Assembly (NCBI GenBank): GCA_963805975.1
Contig: CAWDVR010000003.1
Location: forward strand, 608,001 to 672,000
Source of the DNA: an uncultured Acidobacteriota bacterium
GTDB lineage: Bacteria; Acidobacteriota; Thermoanaerobaculia; Multivoradales; SZUA-115
Reading direction: 5' to 3'
Length of the DNA stretch: 64,000 bases
Shown: positions 1 through 12,187 of the stretch, piece after piece
Layout: every line of letters starts with the position of its first letter
How positions within the stretch are numbered: position 1 is the stretch's first letter
Translations under genes and position numbers: made by a program
Notes under the pieces: model-generated
Databases searched by the model: none
Told to the model about the DNA's origin: nothing
The model's input: the letters and a program-made list of their open reading frames with translations, nothing else

Positions 1-528
1 CTCGGTCTTGGGCAGGTGGGCGAGCACCCGCCGGATGTCCGGCAGGAAGCCCATGTCCAGCATGCGGTCGGCCTCGTCGAGGACCAGGATCTCGATGCCG
101 GGCAGCTTGGCGTAGGAGTACTGGAAATGGTCGAGGAGCCGTCCGGGAGTCGCCACCAGGAGGTCGACGCGGCTCTCGAAGGCGCGCTTCTGGGGGCCCA
201 TCGACACACCGCCGTAGATGGCGGCGCTCTTCAAAGACGTATGGGCCGCGAGCTGGCGGAAGCTCTCGTCGATCTGGGCGGCGAGCTCGCGGGTCGGGCT
301 CAGGACCAGCGCGCGAGTGGTACCGCGGCCCTTGGCGAGCAGGCGATGGAGCACCGGCAGGAGGAAGGCGGCCGTCTTGCCGCTCCCGGTCATGGCACAG
401 GCCAGCACGTCGCGGCCTTGGATGCCGGGCGGGATGGCTTCCTGCTGGATCGGGGTCGGGCGTTGATAGCCCAGGCTCTTGACGCCAGCCAGGAGGCTGG
501 GATGAAGCTCGAACGAAGAAAAAGGCAT
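1..528 (-). CDS. DEAD-box RNA helicase (RhlE-like), truncated by the window edge
   Basis: Not in the ORF track. Manual minus-strand translation from ATG 528 gives MPFSSFELHPSLLAGVKSLGYQRPTPIQQEAIP (Q motif), AMTGSGKTAAF (motif I) and DEADRMLDMGFLPDIRR (motif II). Confidence 0.93.
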   Translation of the reverse strand, partial: MPFSSFELHPSLLAGVKSLGYQRPTPIQQEAIPPGIQGRDVLACAMTGSGKTAAFLLPVLHRLLAKGRGTTRALVLSPTRELAAQIDESFRQLAAHTSLKSAAIYGGVSMGPQKRAFESRVDLLVATPGRLLDHFQYSYAKLPGIEILVLDEADRMLDMGFLPDIRRVLAHLPKTE

Positions 529-799
529 GCGTGTTCCTTGAGTCTTTCTGAGGGCGGACCCGGCTTCTCGTGCGGAGTACCCGCGCCGAAAGGAGCTCGC
601 GCTCTTTGCTGCCGGCGTTTTTGAAGGGGAAAAACGGAGACTTGCCGGAGGAGGCCGCCGTTGGAGCCCGAAGGGCCCGCTGATGTCGATCGTGTCCGGG
701 GCCTACGACAAGCAGAACCGGGGATCTAACGGGGGGAAGTGTCTCATACTTTGCCGGCCGGGCCAAACCAGGCTGGATCACGGAGGCTCGCGCTTGCCG

Positions 800-2376
800 T
801 CAGATCCCCTCTGCCCGCCATTCTCCGAACACCCCGCGCAGCCGGTCCGCGATCTCGCCCAGGGTCACTTCGGCCCGCACGCAGTCGAGGATCCTGGGCA
901 TGAGGTTCGAGCCTTCGGCCGCGGAGGTGGCGAGGGCCTCTAGGGCGGCGTCGGCTCGGGGACCGTCCCGCCGTTCGCGCAGGGCCCGGACCCGTGCCGT
1001 CTGCTCGCGCTCGGCCTGGGGATTGATCTTCAGCACCTCCTGCGGCTCCTCCTGTCCGGCCTGGTGGACGTTGACGCCCACCACCTCGGCACGGCCCTCC
1101 TCGACGGCGCGCTGGTGCTCGAAGGCGGCGTCGGCGATCTCGTCCTGCTGGAACTGGCGCTCCATGGCGGCGAGCGCCCCCCCATCTCCTCGATCCGGCG
1201 GATGTAGTCCCGCGCGCGGGTGACGATCTCGTCCGTCAGGTGCTCGATGACGTAGGAGCCGCCCAGCGGGTCGGAGACGTCGGTGACGCCGCTCTCGGAG
1301 GCGAGGATCTGCTGGGTGCGGAGCGCGACCCGCGCCGAGCGCTCGGTGGGCAGCCCCAGGGCCTCGTCGGCGGCGTTGGTGTGCAGCGACTGCGTGCCGC
1401 CACAGACCGCGGCGAGCGCCTGGATCGCCACCCGCACCACGTTGTTCTCCGGCTGCTGCGCGGTGAGCGTCGAGCCCGCGGTCTGGGTGTGGAAGCGCAG
1501 CCAGGCGGAGCGCTCGTTCTTTGGTTGGTAGCGCTCGGTGACCAGCTCGGCCCACAGCCGGCGGGCGGCGCGGAACTTCGCCACCTCCTCCAGAAAATGG
1601 TTGTGGGCGTTGAAGAAGAAGGAGAGGCGTCCGGCGAAGTCGTCGATGGCGAGACCGCGGGCCAGCGCCGCTTCCACGTAGGCCAGGCCGTTCGAGAGGG
1701 TGAAGGCCACCTCCTGCACAGCGGTCGAGCCCGCCTCGCGGATGTGGTAGCCGGAGATCGAGATCGGGTTCCACTGCGGCACCTCGCGGGCGCAGAAATC
1801 GATCAGGTCGGTGACCAGCCGGAGGCTCGGCGCCGGCGGGTAGATGTAGGTGCCGCGGGCCATGTACTCCTTCAGGATGTCGTTCTGCACCGTGCCGCCC
1901 ACCTTCGCCCAGGGCACGCCCTGTTCCTCGGCCACCACGAGGTAGAGGGCGAGGAGGATGGACGCCGTGGCGTTGATGGTCATCGAGGTGGTGACCTGGT
2001 CGAGCGGGATGCCCTCGAACAGGCGCCGCATGTCCCCGATCGAGTCGATGGCCACCCCCACCCGGCCGACCTCGCCGCGGGCCATGGGATGGTCCGAGTC
2101 GTAGCCGATCTGGGTGGGCAGGTCGAAGGCCACGGACAGGCCCGTGGTGCCCTGCGACAGCAGGTAGCGATACCGCCGGTTGGACTCGCCCGCGTCCGCG
2201 TAGCCCGCGTACTGCCGCATGGTCCAGCGGCGGCGGCGGTACATGTCCTCGTACAGCCCCCGGGTGAAGGGGAAGCGGCCGGGGTCGCCGGTCTTGGCCT
2301 CGTAGTCCGCGCGGGCGGTCTCGGGTGGGCCGTAGAACGGCTCGAGAGGGATGCCGGAGCTGGTTCGGCGGCTCAT
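800..2376 (-). CDS. Methylmalonyl-CoA mutase, substrate-binding (large) subunit; frameshifted at about 1177-1183
   Basis: Motifs [48 protein letters not shown] and QSLHTN lie in ORF 1030..2376. The C-terminus ([40 protein letters not shown]) continues in the other frame to stop 800. No B12-binding domain. Confidence 0.9.
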
Positions 2377-2469
2377 GAGGGCGGATTATAGAGGCGCCCG
2401 CGAGTCCTTCGCGGGGTCGCGGGAGGGTGTCCGGCCTGATTCGGTGTTGCTGCAAACGTTTTCTCGCCT

Positions 2470-2516
2470 ACACTAGCCGTAGGGCCGGCTGTGACAGACT
2501 CCACAACATCTAGTGG
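2470..2516 (+). promoter_or_regulatory. Tandem NrdR boxes
   Basis: CCACAACATCTAGTGG at 2501-2516 fits the NrdR palindrome acaCwAtATaTwGtgt. A weaker copy, ACACTAGCCGTAGGGC at 2470-2485, sits 31 bp upstream. Both precede nrdJ. Confidence 0.8.
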
Positions 2517-2524
2517 CTGGCCCC

Positions 2525-2553
2525 TTGACGGGCTGGCTTCGAGGAGCTAGGCT
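2525..2553 (+). promoter_or_regulatory. Sigma70-type promoter of nrdJ
   Basis: TTGACG (2525-2530), 17 nt spacer, TAGGCT (2548-2553). Confidence 0.6.
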
Positions 2554-2610
2554 CGAACTTGCGCCTGTCTTCAAACATTGTCACTGCATCGGAAGGAGGA
2601 AAGATCGACC

Positions 2611-5406
<2,796 letters not shown>

Positions 5407-5489
5407 AGAACTAAAAAGCCCGGAAGTGGCGAGAGGCTGCAGATCCAGCCTCGGCCGGGAGGAGAGGGAGTACTGGTACTTTTATTTTG

Positions 5490-5527
5490 GGGCCGGGGGT
5501 GGAGCCGCGAGGCTCTGCCTCCGGCCC
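5490..5527. terminator. GC-rich hairpin downstream of nrdJ
   Basis: GGGCCGGGGGTGGAGCC-GCGA-GGCTCTGCCTCCGGCCC; the T-rich tract lies on its 5' side. Confidence 0.4.
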
Positions 5528-5586
5528 GAGGGTTCTCTAGCCCCAGGGTTCTCAGCGGGGCCGGGTTCGCTTATCCTGGCTCTCCT

Positions 5587-6120
5587 ATGCGACCGACCCG
5601 AAAACCCGCCGCTCGCCTCGTCCTCCTCTCGCTGCTCTTCACTCTCCATCTCGCTTGCTCCAAGCCGGCCCCAGCCTCCTCCTCGGCCGCGGAACCGGGC
5701 GCGACGCTCGGCCAGCCGGCCCCGGCCTTCGAGCTCGCCGATCTCGAGGGCGCCAAGGTGAGCCTGGCGAGCCTGCGGGGCAAGACGGTGCTGCTCGATT
5801 TCTGGGCGACGTGGTGCAAGCCCTGTCACGAGCAGACCCGGATCCTGACCCCGCTCTACGAGGAGCTCGCGGGCCAGGGAATCGAGTTCCTGGCCGTCAA
5901 CTCCGGCGAGGACGAGGCCACCGTGCGGCGTTTCGTCGACAAGAACCCGTTTGCCTACCCCGTGCTCCTCGACCCGGAAGACTCGCTGGCCGGCAAGCTC
6001 GACGTGATCGCGCTGCCGACGCTGGTGGTGGTCGACAAGGACGGCAATGTCTCCTTCACCGAGGAAGGGATCGCGGAAGCGGCGGCGGTCCGGCGGGAGC
6101 TCGCGAAGGCGGGAGCGTAG
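5587..6120 (+). CDS. TlpA/ResA-family thiol-disulfide oxidoreductase, probable lipoprotein
   Basis: LDFWATWCKPC thioredoxin motif; LACS lipobox-like signal. Confidence 0.88.
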   Translation: MRPTRKPAARLVLLSLLFTLHLACSKPAPASSSAAEPGATLGQPAPAFELADLEGAKVSLASLRGKTVLLDFWATWCKPCHEQTRILTPLYEELAGQGIEFLAVNSGEDEATVRRFVDKNPFAYPVLLDPEDSLAGKLDVIALPTLVVVDKDGNVSFTEEGIAEAAAVRRELAKAGA

Positions 6121-6128
6121 GTGAGACA

Positions 6129-6231
6129 CCCCTCTGCCCCCCTCTCCCCGCAAGCGGGGAGAGGGGGGCAGAGGGGATCTCGTTCAGGTCCCCTCGCCCC
6201 GCGTCAGCGGGGAGAGGGTTAGGGTGAGGGG
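6129..6231. repeat. REP-like palindrome family A (CCCTCACCC..CCCTCTCCC..GGGAGAGGG), compound copy
   Basis: Perfect hairpin with 23-bp arms at 6129-6176, plus an inverted unit at 6190-6231, between convergent genes. Confidence 0.85.
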
Positions 6232-6252
6232 CTCGTCCGGCGAGCCAGTCGG

Positions 6253-6891
6253 TTACTGCAAGACCACGAGCACCACGCGGCGGTTCTGGGAGCGACCCTC
6301 GCGGTTCTTGTTCTCCGTGACCGGCTCCTTCTCGCCGTAGGAGATCACCGACATCTTGTGCAGCGGGATGCCCTCGGCGTTGAGGAAGCGGCGCACCGCC
6401 TCGGCACGGTCCTCGCCGAGCTTCAGGTTGTAATCTTCTCCGCCGACATTGTCGGTGTGGCCCTGGATCTCGATGTACACGCCTTTGTTCTCGCCCTTGA
6501 GCTGATCGGCGATGCCCTTGAGCGCGGCCGAGGCCTCGTCGCCGAGGTCGGCCTTGTCGAAGGCGAAGTGGACCTTGTCGTCGGTCAGCGAGACCTCGTA
6601 GAGCAGCTTGCCTTCGGCGAGCTTGCCGGCCGCGCTGGCGCGGTCGAGCGCTTCCTGGGCGGTCTTCGACGCCTGCTGGGCCTGGCCCGTGGCGGTGGTG
6701 ATGCGCTGGTCGTGCTGGCCGAGCGTCTCGTCATGGCGGCGAACGTCGGTCTGCGTCTTCTCGACGTCACCGGCGACCTCGTCGACACGCGTGTTGACCG
6801 TGCCGACCTCTTTACCCACGTACTTTTTCGTCGCGCAGCCGGTGGCCACCAGGCTCACCGCCGCGAGTGCAATCAGTAGCTTGACTCTCAT
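6253..6891 (-). CDS. OmpA/Pal-family peptidoglycan-binding lipoprotein with coiled-coil N-terminal region
   Basis: Lipobox VATGC; VHFAFDKADL, IQGHTDNVG..YNLKLGEDRAEAV, SQNRRV. Confidence 0.92.
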   Translation of the reverse strand: MRVKLLIALAAVSLVATGCATKKYVGKEVGTVNTRVDEVAGDVEKTQTDVRRHDETLGQHDQRITTATGQAQQASKTAQEALDRASAAGKLAEGKLLYEVSLTDDKVHFAFDKADLGDEASAALKGIADQLKGENKGVYIEIQGHTDNVGGEDYNLKLGEDRAEAVRRFLNAEGIPLHKMSVISYGEKEPVTENKNREGRSQNRRVVLVVLQ

Positions 6892-6967
6892 CTCTCCGTC
6901 TCCTTTGTCTTTCGTCAAACACCGGCTAGCCGGCGTCAGGGTTTGAATCCTTCGGGTGCCCCGGGGC

Positions 6968-7981
6968 TCATGGCGCCCCCGAGACCTTTCTCGAGGCCTG
7001 CTGCGGCGAAGTGCCGTGATAGGCCTGCCGCGACAGCACCTTGACGTTTTTCTTGTCGACCTCGACGCGGATGCTCCGCGCCGCCTCTTTGCCCGCGCCG
7101 CTGGTGGTAAAGCCGAGCACGTACTGGTGGCGGAGATCGTCGGCGATGGTCACGATCGCTTCCTTGAGGTCATCGGCGCCGGAGATCGCGAAATAGCGCC
7201 CGCCGCTGTAGAGCGCGAGCAGGTTGAGCACGTCGGAGAAGCGGTGGATCTTCTTGCCGCTGTCGTCCAGCTCGTAGGGGCTGCCCGCGCCCAGGCCCAG
7301 CACGTAGACCGGCACCTGGGCCTGGCGCACCAGATCGCGGGCCTCGGCGGCCGCGATAGTGCTCGCGTTGTCGACTCCGTCGGTGACCAGGATCGCGGCC
7401 CGCTTGGCATGGCTGCCGCCGGCGCTGATCTCGGGCAAGAGAGCCACGGCATCGTGGAGCGCCGTCTGGCCGTAGGGGTCCCAGGTCTGGGTCGCTTCGC
7501 GCAAAGCCTCGGAGTCATTGGTGAAGGGCACTTCCACCTGCGTATAGGGGCCGGCAAAGCTCGCGATGGCGAACTCGTCCGCCACTTGTGCCCCGTCCAG
7601 GAAGTGGCTCACCACCTCCCGGCTCGCCTCGAGCCGGCCGCCGTGCGCCATGCTGCCGGAGAGATCCTGCAGGAAGACCACCGAGATCGGTGCGTCGCTG
7701 CGCTTCTCGAAGCTGTCGAAAGCCACGGTGCGGTTGTCGACGAAGAGGCGGAAGTCCTCCTCGGCCAGGCTGGTGACGTAGCCGTCGCCCGACCGGACCA
7801 CCACCGGCACCAGCACGTAGCCCACCGACACCTCGCCCCCAAAGCCTTCCGGGCCGCGGGGGCCTTCCTGGCCGCTCGCGCCCTCCTGGGCGCGGGAGCG
7901 CTGTGCCGGCAGGGACGGCAGGGCCACGAGAGCCGTGGCCAGCGCCACCTTTGCTAGCCTTGCGCGCCAGGAGGCGCCCAT
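6968..7981 (-). CDS. Secreted VWA-domain protein (Acidobacteria VWFA-related type); start uncertain
   Basis: MIDAS motif DLSGSM, TALHDA, VTDGVDN; VLVPVVVR N-terminal strand; QYVLGF near the C-terminus. Confidence 0.85.
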   Translation of the reverse strand: MGASWRARLAKVALATALVALPSLPAQRSRAQEGASGQEGPRGPEGFGGEVSVGYVLVPVVVRSGDGYVTSLAEEDFRLFVDNRTVAFDSFEKRSDAPISVVFLQDLSGSMAHGGRLEASREVVSHFLDGAQVADEFAIASFAGPYTQVEVPFTNDSEALREATQTWDPYGQTALHDAVALLPEISAGGSHAKRAAILVTDGVDNASTIAAAEARDLVRQAQVPVYVLGLGAGSPYELDDSGKKIHRFSDVLNLLALYSGGRYFAISGADDLKEAIVTIADDLRHQYVLGFTTSGAGKEAARSIRVEVDKKNVKVLSRQAYHGTSPQQASRKVSGAP

Positions 7982-8237
7982 GAGCGATCGCATCAACATC
8001 CGCAACATCTCCATCAAGTGTGGCAACTGCAACACCTACCAGACCCTCTCGGCCTTCAACCCGCGCGAGGACTGGAACGTTTACACCTACGAGTGCGACA
8101 ACCAGAGCTGCGATCCCGCCGTGACCCGGACGTATGTCGAGGTGCCGCGGGAAATCGACGACTTTGCCCGCCGCGACCCGGAGTGGCGGGGTGGAGGGCG
8201 GCACGGCGAGGTTGGGGACGGCTCGCCGGAGGAGTAG
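7980..8237 (+). CDS. Small putative Zn-binding protein (85 aa)
   Basis: AGGAGG RBS before ATG 7980; CGNC and CDNQSC cysteine pairs; codon usage looks coding. Confidence 0.7.
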   Translation: MSDRINIRNISIKCGNCNTYQTLSAFNPREDWNVYTYECDNQSCDPAVTRTYVEVPREIDDFARRDPEWRGGGRHGEVGDGSPEE

Positions 8238-8341
8238 GGGCAGGACGGGCACGGGCGTCGAGAGGTGCTGCGCTTCGCGGTATGCTCTCGCTCCGGCCGG
8301 GCGCGGCCGACCACCCACAACCCATCCCGAGCGAGGGCGAG

Positions 8342-9406
8342 ATGAAGACGATCGTGCACATCGTGGGCACCGGCACCATCGGCGAGCCGCTGATCGGTCT
8401 GTTCACCGACTTCAGTGATCGCATGGGCATCGACGAGGTCACCTTCCACAAGCGGACGCCGCTACCCGACGACCGGGCAAAGATCGCCCACCTCATGACC
8501 CGCGGTGCAAAGCTTGCCGTCGATGCCGACGTGAAGGAAAAATTTGAAAAGCTGGGTCACACGGTCAGCTACGAGGCACAGGAGGCGCTGGAGCGCGCCA
8601 CCGTAGTGATCGACTGCACGCCGGCCGGCAACGAGAACAAAGAGGCGGTCTACTCCAAGCTCTCGGGACCGCGCGGGTTCCTGGCCCAGGGCAGCGAGTT
8701 CGGCTTCGGCAAGCCCTACGCCCGGGGCGTCAACGACGAGGTTCTGGTCCCCGGCGAGGATCGGTTCATTCAGGTGGTTTCGTGCAATACACATAACATC
8801 ACGACGCTGGTCAAGACCCTCTGTGACGACGGGGATCGGGGCTACTGCCTCAATCGGGCAACCTTTGTTTGCATGCGGCGCGCCAACGACGTGACCCAGG
8901 GCGACGACTTCATCGCGGCGCCCCAGGTCGGCAAGCACGACGACCCCGACTTCGGCACCCATCACGCCCGCGACGCCCATCACGTGTTCGAGACCCTGAG
9001 CAAGGATCTCGACCTCTTCTCGAGCGCGGTCAAGCTCAACACCCAATACATGCATTCGATCTGGTTCCAGTTCATGCTCGACCGCGACATGACGAGGGAC
9101 GAGGTGGTGGCGCGTCTAAAGGACAACCCGCGCGTCGCGGTCACCGATAAACGGCAGGCAAACCTGATCTTTAGCTTCGGTCGCGACCACGGCTACTACG
9201 GCCGTATCCTGTCGCAGACGGTGGTGGTGGTGCCGACGCTGGCGGTGCGGCGCAACCGCGAGATCTACGGCTTCTGCTTCACGCCGCAGGACGGCAACTC
9301 GCTGGTCTCGTCGATCGCCGCCGCCCTGTGGCACATCGATCCCGAGCCGGCGAGCGTCAGCGAGCGGCTCAACACGATCCGCCGTTGGGTGTACAACGAG
9401 ATCTAG
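8342..9406 (+). CDS. Archaeal-type (class II) GAPDH-like dehydrogenase
   Basis: Rossmann GTGTIG, VIDCTP, AQGSE, catalytic VVSCNT, RRAND and THHARD echo the archaeal GAPDH motifs (VVSCNT, RRxxD, SHHxxD). Confidence 0.7.
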   Translation: MKTIVHIVGTGTIGEPLIGLFTDFSDRMGIDEVTFHKRTPLPDDRAKIAHLMTRGAKLAVDADVKEKFEKLGHTVSYEAQEALERATVVIDCTPAGNENKEAVYSKLSGPRGFLAQGSEFGFGKPYARGVNDEVLVPGEDRFIQVVSCNTHNITTLVKTLCDDGDRGYCLNRATFVCMRRANDVTQGDDFIAAPQVGKHDDPDFGTHHARDAHHVFETLSKDLDLFSSAVKLNTQYMHSIWFQFMLDRDMTRDEVVARLKDNPRVAVTDKRQANLIFSFGRDHGYYGRILSQTVVVVPTLAVRRNREIYGFCFTPQDGNSLVSSIAAALWHIDPEPASVSERLNTIRRWVYNEI

Positions 9407-9499
9407 GGGCTGGCTCGAGGCCCCCTCCCGATCGGGGCGGCGGGTCAAACGACCCCGCCCCGAGCAGGGAATTTTTCCCCGAATCCTCGGAGGGACCGT

Positions 9500-10354
9500 T
9501 TGGCTGACGTATCCGCCACCGCGCTTGCCCTGGGCAGCGTTCGCATCGAAGGGACCTCGGTTGCCGGCGAGGAAACCTGGTTTCGGATCTTTCCGCCGGG
9601 CCTCGCTTTCGACGTCGGCCGGGGGGCTCCGCAGCTCGCCGGCGCTCGCGACTTCTTCATCAGCCACGGCCACCTCGACCATGCGCTCGGCATCCCTTTC
9701 GTGCTCTCGCACCGAGGTCTGCGTCCCAGCATGGGGAGCCGTGTCTTCTGCCCCCGGGAGCTGGCGCCGGCCATGGCCGCTCTGATCGCCGCCGCCGAGG
9801 CCATGGAGGGCGTGACCTTCGACCACGAGCTGCACGGCCTCGAGCCCGGCGCGCGGGTCGAGGTCGGCAAAGGGCTCGCGGTCGAGGCGTTCCGCACCGA
9901 CCATGTGGTGCCGAGCCTGGGCTTCCATCTGATCGCGGTGAAAAAGCAGCTCGCCGCGCGCCTCCGGGGCGAGGCGCCGGAGGAGATCGCGCGCCGCCGG
10001 CGCCTGGGAGAAGAGGTGGACGAGGCGTTCGAGGAGATCGCGCTCACCTACTGCGGCGACACCGGGCCGGGGGTCTTCGAGAGCGAGCCGCGGCTCTTCA
10101 CCTCACGCGTGCTGATGCTCGAGTGCACCTTTCTGGGCGCCGAGCAGCGGGAGAAGGGCAGCGCCTACCGCCACCTCCACACCGACGACCTGGCGGCGGT
10201 CGCCGGCCGCTTCGCCAACGAGGCGATCGTGCTCCATCACCTGTCGCGCCGCCATCGGCGCAGCGAGCTGCGGTCGTACCTCACGCGAGCGCTGCCGGAG
10301 CTGGCGCCACGAGTCCACGTCTGGGGAGAAGGCGCCTGGGGAGAGAACAGGTGA
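9500..10354 (+). CDS. Metallo-beta-lactamase fold, RNase Z-like nuclease
   Basis: SHGHLDH, TDHVVPSLGF, YCGDT, ECTF, HLH, HHLSRR. Confidence 0.8.
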   Translation: MADVSATALALGSVRIEGTSVAGEETWFRIFPPGLAFDVGRGAPQLAGARDFFISHGHLDHALGIPFVLSHRGLRPSMGSRVFCPRELAPAMAALIAAAEAMEGVTFDHELHGLEPGARVEVGKGLAVEAFRTDHVVPSLGFHLIAVKKQLAARLRGEAPEEIARRRRLGEEVDEAFEEIALTYCGDTGPGVFESEPRLFTSRVLMLECTFLGAEQREKGSAYRHLHTDDLAAVAGRFANEAIVLHHLSRRHRRSELRSYLTRALPELAPRVHVWGEGAWGENR

Positions 10355-11541
10355 GCCGGCCCGTCAGCACCCGCCTCGCCGAGAACGATGAGCTCGAGGT
10401 CACGATCGAGAAGCTGATCGCCGGCGGCGACGGCCTGGCCCGCTTCGAGGGCCTGCCGCTGTTCGTGCCCCGCGCCGCACCCGGCGACCGGCTGCGGGTG
10501 CGGGTGGTCGAGAGGCGGCCGGACTACGGCCGGGCCGAGATCCTCGACATTCTCGCCCCCGGCCCCGGCCGCCGCGAGGCGCCGTGCCCGTACTTCGCCC
10601 GCTGCGGCGGCTGCGATCTCCAGCACCTGGCCGACGACCTCCAGCCGCGGCTCAAGGCCGAGGCCGCCCGCGAGACGGTGGCCCATCTCGCCAGGCTCGA
10701 GCTCCCGCCGGCCGAGCTCGTCACCGGCGCGGCCTGGGGTTATCGCCTCCGCACCCAGCTCCACATCGAGCCGCGGCCGGACGCAGGCGATTTCGCGGTC
10801 GGCTACCACGCGCGGCGCAGTCACGACCTGGTGGCGGTCGAGTGCTGCCCGATCCTGGTGCCGGAGCTCGAACGTGAGCTCCCGGCTCTCGGCAGCCGGC
10901 TCCCGGTCGGCAGCCCTCGCCGGCTGGACCTCACGACCGGCGACGGCGATGGGCTCACCGTCTCGCCGCCGGTCGAAGGTCTTCCCTCGGGTGAGGTGGA
11001 GATCGAGGTCGGCGGCTTCAGCTATGCCTTCGACGCGCGCTGCTTCTTCCAGGCCCACCGTGGCCTCCTGGCGCGGCTGGTCGAAGCGGCCGTGGGCGAG
11101 GCCGAGGGGGAGACCGCCTATGACCTCTATGCCGGGGTGGGCCTCTTCTCGCTGCCGCTCGCGCGTCGTTACAAGAAGGTGACCGCGGTCGAGGGCGACC
11201 GCGCGGCCAGTCGCTTCGCGCGCAACAACGCGCGCCGGAACCGCCTGCCGAACGTCGAGGTGGTGGCGCAGGCAGTCGAGACCTGGGCCCGGCTGCTGCC
11301 CGGCGGCGTCGACCGCGTGCTCGTGGACCCGCCGCGCTCCGGCCTCGCCGTGCCGCTGCGCCGGGTCCTCCACCAGCGCAAGCCGCGGCGGCTGACCTAC
11401 GTCTCCTGCCATGCCGCGACCCTGGCCCGGGACCTGCGCGACCTCGCCGACGTCTACCAGGTGGAGAAGCTCACCTTCCTCGACCTCTTCCCGCAGACCG
11501 GGCACCTCGAGACGGTGGTGCAGCTCGAGCGCAAGTCGTAG
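10351..11541 (+). CDS. rlmD: TRAM-domain RNA m5U methyltransferase (RlmD/RumA family)
   Basis: TRAM N-terminus, CPYFARCGGC Fe-S motif, FFQ, DLYAGVGLF, DPPR, YVSC, DLFPQTGHLE. Confidence 0.88.
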   Translation: MSRPVSTRLAENDELEVTIEKLIAGGDGLARFEGLPLFVPRAAPGDRLRVRVVERRPDYGRAEILDILAPGPGRREAPCPYFARCGGCDLQHLADDLQPRLKAEAARETVAHLARLELPPAELVTGAAWGYRLRTQLHIEPRPDAGDFAVGYHARRSHDLVAVECCPILVPELERELPALGSRLPVGSPRRLDLTTGDGDGLTVSPPVEGLPSGEVEIEVGGFSYAFDARCFFQAHRGLLARLVEAAVGEAEGETAYDLYAGVGLFSLPLARRYKKVTAVEGDRAASRFARNNARRNRLPNVEVVAQAVETWARLLPGGVDRVLVDPPRSGLAVPLRRVLHQRKPRRLTYVSCHAATLARDLRDLADVYQVEKLTFLDLFPQTGHLETVVQLERKS

Positions 11542-11632
11542 CGACGGTTTCCCTTTGGAGCGCTCCGGTGTCCAAAGGGGCATGGAGAGCGTTCAAGCCT
11601 CGAGCCGGCCGGCACGCCAAGGAGAGGGGCCT

Positions 11633-12187
11633 ATGGAAGCGAGGGACGAAAGTTCGCTGGCCGCGGCGCTCGCTGCCGGCGACCGGCAGGCCGCCGAGGA
11701 GCTGGTGGACCTCACCTACCGGACGATTCACGGTGCCCTGCTGCGGCTCACCGGCGGCGACTCCGACCTGGCGGCGGACCTCACGCAGGAGACCTACCGC
11801 AAGGCCTGGGCCTCGCTCGCCGGCTTCGGCGGCAGGGCGCAGTTCTCGACCTGGCTCTACCGCATCGCCTACACGACCTTTCTGAACCACGTCCGGCGCC
11901 CGCGGCGGGTGCTGCCGCTCGACGACGGTGCCGCCGCCGAGGAGCTGGGCGACCCCGAGACGCCGATCGACGAGCTCCTGAGCCAGTCCGCGGACGCCGA
12001 GCGGCTGCGCGGCGCCGTGCTCGGCCTGCCCGAGGATCTGCGCTTCACCGTCACCGCCCACTACTGGCGCAACCTGCCGGTGGCAGAGATTGCCGCCTTG
12101 GAGCACATCACCACGGTCGCCGTCCGCAAACGATTGAAGCGTGCCTTCCGGATGCTCGCGCTGGCGATGGAGGAGGACGCTCGATGA
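11633..12187 (+). CDS. ECF-type RNA polymerase sigma factor
   Basis: AADLTQETY, FSTWLYRIA (region 2); LPEDLR..VAEIA..VRKRLKRA (region 4). Alternative start at 11582. Confidence 0.9.
   Translation: MEARDESSLAAALAAGDRQAAEELVDLTYRTIHGALLRLTGGDSDLAADLTQETYRKAWASLAGFGGRAQFSTWLYRIAYTTFLNHVRRPRRVLPLDDGAAAEELGDPETPIDELLSQSADAERLRGAVLGLPEDLRFTVTAHYWRNLPVAEIAALEHITTVAVRKRLKRAFRMLALAMEEDAR

Noticed and set aside
16-624. 202-aa plus-strand ORF
   Set aside because: Antisense shadow of the DEAD-box helicase, whose motifs are on the minus strand.
2377-2610. Cobalamin riboswitch between the two B12 enzymes
   Set aside because: No B12-box or conserved GGGAA core seen; the space is accounted for by promoters and NrdR boxes.
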